Of a stretch of DNA of 64,000 bases, positions 60,363 through 64,000 are shown one piece after another. Location: assembly GCF_018977255.1 (NCBI RefSeq), contig NW_024704743.1, forward strand, positions 111,292,001 to 111,356,000, written 5' to 3'. A program made the translations under genes and the position numbers. The first letter of the stretch is position 1; the number at the start of each line of letters is the position of its first letter. Under the pieces are notes generated by a model, which ran no database searches, was not told where the DNA came from, and saw only the letters and a program-made list of their open reading frames with translations. This DNA comes from Callorhinchus milii (lineage: Eukaryota).

Positions 60363-61130
60363 TTCATGGCTGCACTCTTCACCTCACCGAGCCAATACGA
60401 AACCTCTGTGTCCTTTTTGACCCCCAGCTATCCTTCAAACCCCACATTCATGTCGTGACCTACCTCTGCAACATTGCCCGCCTCCGCACCTGCCTCTCAC
60501 CGCAGGCTGCCGAGACCCTGATCCACCCTTCCATCATGTCTGGGCTTGACTACACCAACTCCCTACTCACTGTACTTCCCAACTCTTCCCCTCCACAAGC
60601 TGCAGATTATTCAAAACTCTGCAGCTTGTGTCGTCTCCTACACCTGACTCCTCTGTGGACCAATCACCCCCATTCTTGCCCAGCTTCACTGGCTCCCCAT
60701 TCCGCAGAGAATCGAGTACAAAACCCTCGGTTTCACCTTCAAAGCCCTGCACAGTCTTGCTCCCCCCACCTCTCCGACCTCCTAACCCCATATCAGCCTG
60801 TCCGCTCCCTCTGCTTGTTGTCTGCTTCAGATGCCCTGCACTTCCAGCCCCACCATTGGTGGTCAGTCATTCAGCATCTCTGCCCCCACACTCTGGAACT
60901 CTATCCTGCAATCCCTCCACCTTAACCCCTCTCTTACCTCCTTCAAGTGCCATCTAAAGACCTTCCTAATTGACCATGCCTTCAGCAACCATCCCACCCC
61001 CAACCCCCTGCACTGAACCCCTCCTGACCCCAAATCCCAGCTCGGGTCGAAAACCCGACTGTCCACACCCTGGGACATCTTTCCGAACTGAAGAGCGTTA
61101 TACAAAGTGTAACTTGTTGTTGTTGTTATT
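60363..61130 (+). mobile_element. Older L2 fragment with a 7-bp target-site duplication (GTAACTA)
   Basis: L2 RT C-terminal similarity in ORF 60341..60925; (TTG) tail; GTAACTA at 60356-60362 and 61131-61137. Confidence 0.85.
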
Positions 61131-62839
61131 GTAACTACAGAGAGCACCGAGTGTCAGTGTGGACATTATCACAGCAACTACACAGAGCGCTGAATGAAAA
61201 TACAGTTACCGTGAAACATGGCAGCCAGTATTTAATATGACTTAAACAAGGTCAGGCAAATTGTATAGGCCATATGAAATCCGATTTAATCAATAATCTA
61301 CACTGCGCATGTGGAATTCAGTGCAGCTAGTTAGTGCACGTGGTGGCGAGTCAAGACTATGTTTCCCATGATTCAATGAGTCTTGACCCGTCACTGCATG
61401 CGCAATTACGAACGAGCATTGGAATCGCATTGAATCGCTGGAAATAAAATTCTTCTGTGCATGCATCAACGGATCAAAATTATATTTCCGCGATTTAATA
61501 CAGTATTCAGTAAATGTGCGTGAGTTGACAGGTCAGGAGGTCACTAGCCTTGATTCAATGCAGCCAGTAAGTGCAGGAGTAATGGGTGTAAGGAAGCATT
61601 GTAGAAGGTGATTAATATGAGTAACGAAAATAAATCTAAGTGGTTTTGATAGGAAACTGAATGGGATTCGTGTGAATGTATGACTTAGGTGATCTTTTCT
61701 TTTTCGCACTTTATCAGCTTTCGGAAAATCACAATTAACCATTTTGCAAATATAGTAATTTAGCTGGCTTTCAACATTCACAAACACGAGTTGCAATTAG
61801 CACTTCAAATTTCCTTTGCGAATATCTCACATGAGACTACCCTGATGCGTGGATAGGGATAATAATAATTCTTATATTTGTGATAGCACCTTTCATGTCA
61901 AGAGGATATCTCAAAGCAATTCAAGAGTTTTACTGCAAAGTGTAGCGATTGTGTGTTGGTCAGCAAACACGGCAGTCAATTTACATAGTAAAGTTCAGGC
62001 TGTGTCTCATGAACCATTGTGGGGCTTGAACGCATAAACCATTTGACCCAGAAGCAAACCTGCTACTAACTCAGCCAAGCTGCCACAGAGAGCACCTTGC
62101 TGAAGGCACTTGTCTTAATTGTGCTGGTTTTACCTTTGAGCTTCAGATGTCTGCTATGCATGACATAAAGTGACTTTGGCATCTTCTCTCCAAGGACATT
62201 GTTACATATGTTACAGCCCATTGTTTCCTTCCAGCTCTGAAGTTTATGAAGTGAGGATTTTCTGCTGCTCTTGATGTCCTTGCCCTGCTCAGGTCCAAAT
62301 CCCTGACCGTCCAGTGCCTTGGGACATCCTCATGATGTGAAAGGCGCTATACAAACGTAACTAGTTGTTCTTGTTGCTCTGTCTGCCCAGTTTAAACTAA
62401 GCCATGTTACTATACATGGACAAGGTTGGATCAATCATACTCTTATCGTTTACAATAAACTCACTTGAGAACACAGAAAGGTTCCTCTGCACGTCATATT
62501 TATCATTTCTATCTGAATCATATTCCATTTCAAGTCCCAACTTTTCCACTAGAACAACACCAATTGTATGGTTGACTATAACGGTACCATAGACAGAGCA
62601 GGTAACATTATTGGATTTGGTTGCCATCATTCTAATTTAGAAATTCATTGTTTTGTGTAGGACACTATGTGAAATGGTGTTCCAAACATCCAAACTATGC
62701 TAACGCACCAACTGGATATTCGCTATTAGCCATGATTCCTGCTCAAGTGGACTTTAGAGATCTCATGACACAACTCAAAGAGAAGAGAGTTTCCCCAGGG
62801 TACTGGCCAACAATCCCCCAGATAAAATTGGTCATTCAC

Positions 62840-63148
62840 TTTCCTCCCTTTCCTCCTTCAAGGCCGGTCTCAAAACCTTTCTCTTTGACCGAGCCTTCAG
62901 CTCCCCTCTCGACTCTCTTCCCCCTCCTCGCTCCCTCCCTTCCCTCCCCTTACCCTGACCATTTCCCCCTCCTTGCTCCCTCCCTTCCCTCACCCTGACC
63001 ATTTCCCGCCTCCTCGCTCCCTCCCTTCCCTCCCCTCACCCTGACCATTTCCCCCCTGCTCGGTTCATGACCCAACTGTGCAGCGCCTTGGGACGTCCTC
63101 CTGACGTGAAAGGCGCTTTATAAATGGAATCTTGTTGTTGTTGTTGTT
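62840..63148 (+). mobile_element. Young L2 3' fragment nested in a Deu-domain SINE
   Basis: Same subfamily as the 47643 copy. SINE sequence flanks it at ~62745-62840 and ~63160-63300. Confidence 0.88.
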
Positions 63149-64000
63149 ATATCTATGTGCGTGTCATTGCTTTGCGTAAATGGGCTGCCATGTTCAGCTA
63201 CAAATGAACAGTCACTGCACTTTACAGTAAATCCTGTGAAGTACTTTGAGAGATCTTCCTGATGTGAAAAGTGCTATATCAAATGCAAGGATTATTATTT
63301 CTCATATGCCAAGGACTCAAACTCAGTCATCCCATCAGAGCACATTGTTGAGTGGACACTATTTTGCCTCTATGAAGATGGACGAAAATTAATGCAGTGA
63401 TGATTAAGTTCCACATGCCTAAACACATAACAGATATGGAGTGGCAGGAATAGATGCTTTGCATCAGGTTCTCTCCTCATCTTCTAAGCAAGGCAGTGGT
63501 TCATGATCCTACAACAAGACCAATTTACATTTATATAGTACAATTCACGTCAGAAGGACATCTTGAAATGCTTCAAACAGCTTTGAGCCTGAGCTGGGGT
63601 GGAGAGAGGAAGGTAGCTGGTTAAAGAGATAGGCAGATTTTGAAGGTGGGGAGGAAGGTGACGAGGTGGAGGGCGTCTGGGATGTAGTTTCAGAGAGCTG
63701 GGCAGAATGGCTAAAAGCTCACCCACTGATAGTGGGACAGATCAGCTGGATCAGTTTCCAGAGGCAGAGGAAGCAGCTAGGGAAGCAGGGCCAACAACAG
63801 CAACTTGCATTTATATAGCAGCCTTCACACGGGATGGCGTCCCAGAGTGCTTAAAGTATCACAGGATTATCACAGAGATGGGTTGAGGCTGGGATGTGGC
63901 TGAGACTGTGAAGGGATTTGAAATTGAGGTTGAAGATCTTGAATTAGATTCACTGGGGGAATGGGGAGCTGGTGGGGTTCAGTGAGGATGGAAGTGATAG

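Noticed and set aside
52716..64000. 5' non-coding exons and promoter of PKIA
   Set aside because: No CpG island or confidently identifiable exon was found; the promoter probably lies beyond the window.

Overview
Vertebrate genomic DNA, most likely a cartilaginous fish and probably a holocephalan (inferred from the repeat families, not proven). I reconstructed three intact spliced genes by hand. (1) A ZC2HC1A-like zinc-finger gene on the minus strand: 9 coding exons, 17825 to 1270, 328 aa. (2) An ADA1-type adenosine deaminase on the plus strand: 11 coding exons, ~34136 to 47252, all catalytic residues intact. It has an apparent N-terminal extension and needs a GC splice donor. (3) A PKIA-like cAMP-dependent protein kinase inhibitor on the minus strand: coding exons 52688-52538 and ~52032-51947, 78-79 aa. 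The order PKIA(-), ADA(+), ZC2HC1A(-) combines two neighbourhoods that are separate in human (PKIA-ZC2HC1A on chr8; PKIG-ADA on chr20). This suggests a retained second ADA1 ohnolog, possibly organelle-targeted. The rest is repeat-rich: a 3.5-kb L2 LINE, many L2 and CR1 fragments, two tRNA-headed SINE families with L2-type tails, Penelope-like fragments carrying minimal hammerhead-ribozyme cores, a TA-flanked MITE, and three long strand-asymmetric low-complexity tracts. Comparisons with human sequences and named repeat families are from memory and were not run against a database.
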